A DNA stretch of 5,058 bases from an uncultured archaeon (GTDB taxonomy: Archaea; Iainarchaeota; Iainarchaeia; Iainarchaeales; CSSED10-239): the NCBI GenBank assembly GCA_964591795.1, contig CAZQEL010000036.1, positions 1 to 5,058 of the forward strand. The letters run 5' to 3'. The notes under the pieces were generated by a model, which saw only the letters and a list, made by a program, of their open reading frames with translations, was not told the origin of the DNA and ran no database searches. A program made the position numbers and the translations under genes. Within the stretch, counting starts at the first letter, position 1; the number at the start of each line of letters is the position of its first letter. This document shows, piece by piece, positions 4,577-5,058 of this stretch.

Positions 4577-4936
4577 ATGGCCTCAGAAATAATTAAAGAT
4601 ACAGAATTTGCTTTTTCTGGGGTCGTAGATATTATACAAAAAGCTATTATTGGTTTAATTTTATCTTTTTCTTTACTTCTTTTTACAAGGTATTTAGATT
4701 TTGTTTTTGGAATTTATTGGTTTTCAAATGATTATTTTATAATTTTGTTTGTAATAATTGTTAGCACAGTTCATAGTTTTAGGAATCATAATAAATTCAA
4801 TGTTTCATATATTATAGGCTGGGTTATTGGAATATATGGTTTAGTGTTTTTTGATTTAATTCCATCCTCAAAAGCTATAATATATGTTGTTATTCCAATT
4901 ATTATTGTTGCTTTTAAAAGACTACTTTATCATTAA
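4577..4936 (+). CDS. Hypothetical 119-aa polytopic membrane protein (about 4 TM), family unknown
   Basis: The ORF starts 8 nt after the preceding stop, so it is probably co-transcribed. Hydrophobic segments lie at ~aa 22-37, 52-66, 76-92 and 98-114. I recognise no motif. Confidence 0.7.
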   Translation: MASEIIKDTEFAFSGVVDIIQKAIIGLILSFSLLLFTRYLDFVFGIYWFSNDYFIILFVIIVSTVHSFRNHNKFNVSYIIGWVIGIYGLVFFDLIPSSKAIIYVVIPIIIVAFKRLLYH

Positions 4937-4980
4937 TTATAAAGTTTAAAACATAATCTATATATAACTTTAGATTTACA

Positions 4981-4988
4981 TTTATTTA
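4981..4988 (+). promoter_or_regulatory. TATA-box-like element (TTTATTTA) upstream of the edge-truncated ORF
   Basis: This is the same octamer, with its first T 34 nt upstream of ATG 5015. That is one nt off the 35-nt offset seen at the three other genes. Confidence 0.3.
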
Positions 4989-5014
4989 TTAAAAAAATAT
5001 TATGGGAATTAAAT

Positions 5015-5058
5015 ATGTATCAATTATTATTTTTGGCAATTTATACAATGTTGTATTA
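5015..5058 (+). CDS. Probable 5' end of a further hydrophobic ORF (MYQLLFLAIYTMLY...), continuing beyond the right edge
   Basis: The frame is open to the window end. This start is preferred over the alternative ATG 5002 (MGIKYVSIIIFGNLYNVVL..., also open) because of its spacing from TTTATTTA at 4981..4988. Only 14 codons are visible. Confidence 0.3.
   Translation, partial: MYQLLFLAIYTMLY

Noticed and set aside
5002-5058. ATG 5002 as the start of the right-edge ORF (MGIKYVSIIIFGNLYNVVL..., also open to the edge).
   Set aside because: It lies only 21 nt from the start of the TTTATTTA element at 4981..4988, too close to be downstream of the predicted TSS. ATG 5015 fits the 34-35-nt rule seen at three other genes. 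This is not excluded, because only 19 codons are visible.
1-5058. A window-wide scan for tRNA/rRNA genes, CRISPR arrays, IS elements and terminal inverted repeats, integrases or known defence genes.
   Set aside because: There are no G+C-rich cloverleaf-capable segments, no regularly spaced repeats of 20 nt or more, and no transposase-, integrase- or nuclease-like ORFs in any frame that I could translate. Nothing supports such calls.

Overview
This is a 5,058-bp, extremely AT-rich window that uses the standard genetic code: TGA, TAA and TAG all terminate ORFs, and Trp is TGG. It falls into three blocks. (1) 1-2122, minus strand: a translationally coupled unit with two ATGA stop/start overlaps. 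It encodes a DNPH1/Rcl-like 2'-deoxynucleoside 5'-phosphate N-hydrolase, thymidylate kinase and serine hydroxymethyltransferase. The glyA frame runs off the left edge and is missing from the supplied ORF track. (2) 2123-3609: a lone minus-strand GNAT-like ORF (2635-3177) sits between two unusually long spacers of 512 and 432 bp. The left spacer holds a 23-nt palindrome, the only strong GGAGG ribosome-binding-like site in the window, and two tandem unannotated hydrophobic small ORFs on the plus strand. It ends in a convergent oligo-T/oligo-A tract. The right spacer holds a stretch of about 6% G+C with an imperfect 19-nt direct repeat, plus a frameshifted relic of about 45 codons from the N-terminal FAD/NAD(P) Rossmann fold of an oxidoreductase. 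(3) 3610-5058, plus strand: a membrane-anchored ArsR-type winged-helix regulator (wHTH plus 2 TM), an 86-aa 3-TM protein with a SemiSWEET/PQ-loop-like layout, a 119-aa 4-TM protein of unknown family, and probably the first codons of another hydrophobic ORF. The octamer TTTATTTA (one copy ATTATTTA) lies 34-35 nt upstream of the start codon of four unit-initial ORFs, with no Shine-Dalgarno site in between. That geometry fits archaeal TATA boxes driving leaderless mRNAs. Together with the wHTH-TM regulator it suggests, by inference only, a small-genome DPANN-like archaeon, although glyA and tmk look bacterial-type. I found no rRNA, tRNA, CRISPR array, transposase or integrase, and nothing that matches a known defence or mobile system. 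The most unusual items are the dNMP-glycosidase/Tmk/SHMT coupling, the cryptic small-ORF unit in the left spacer, and the membrane-tethered regulator cluster.
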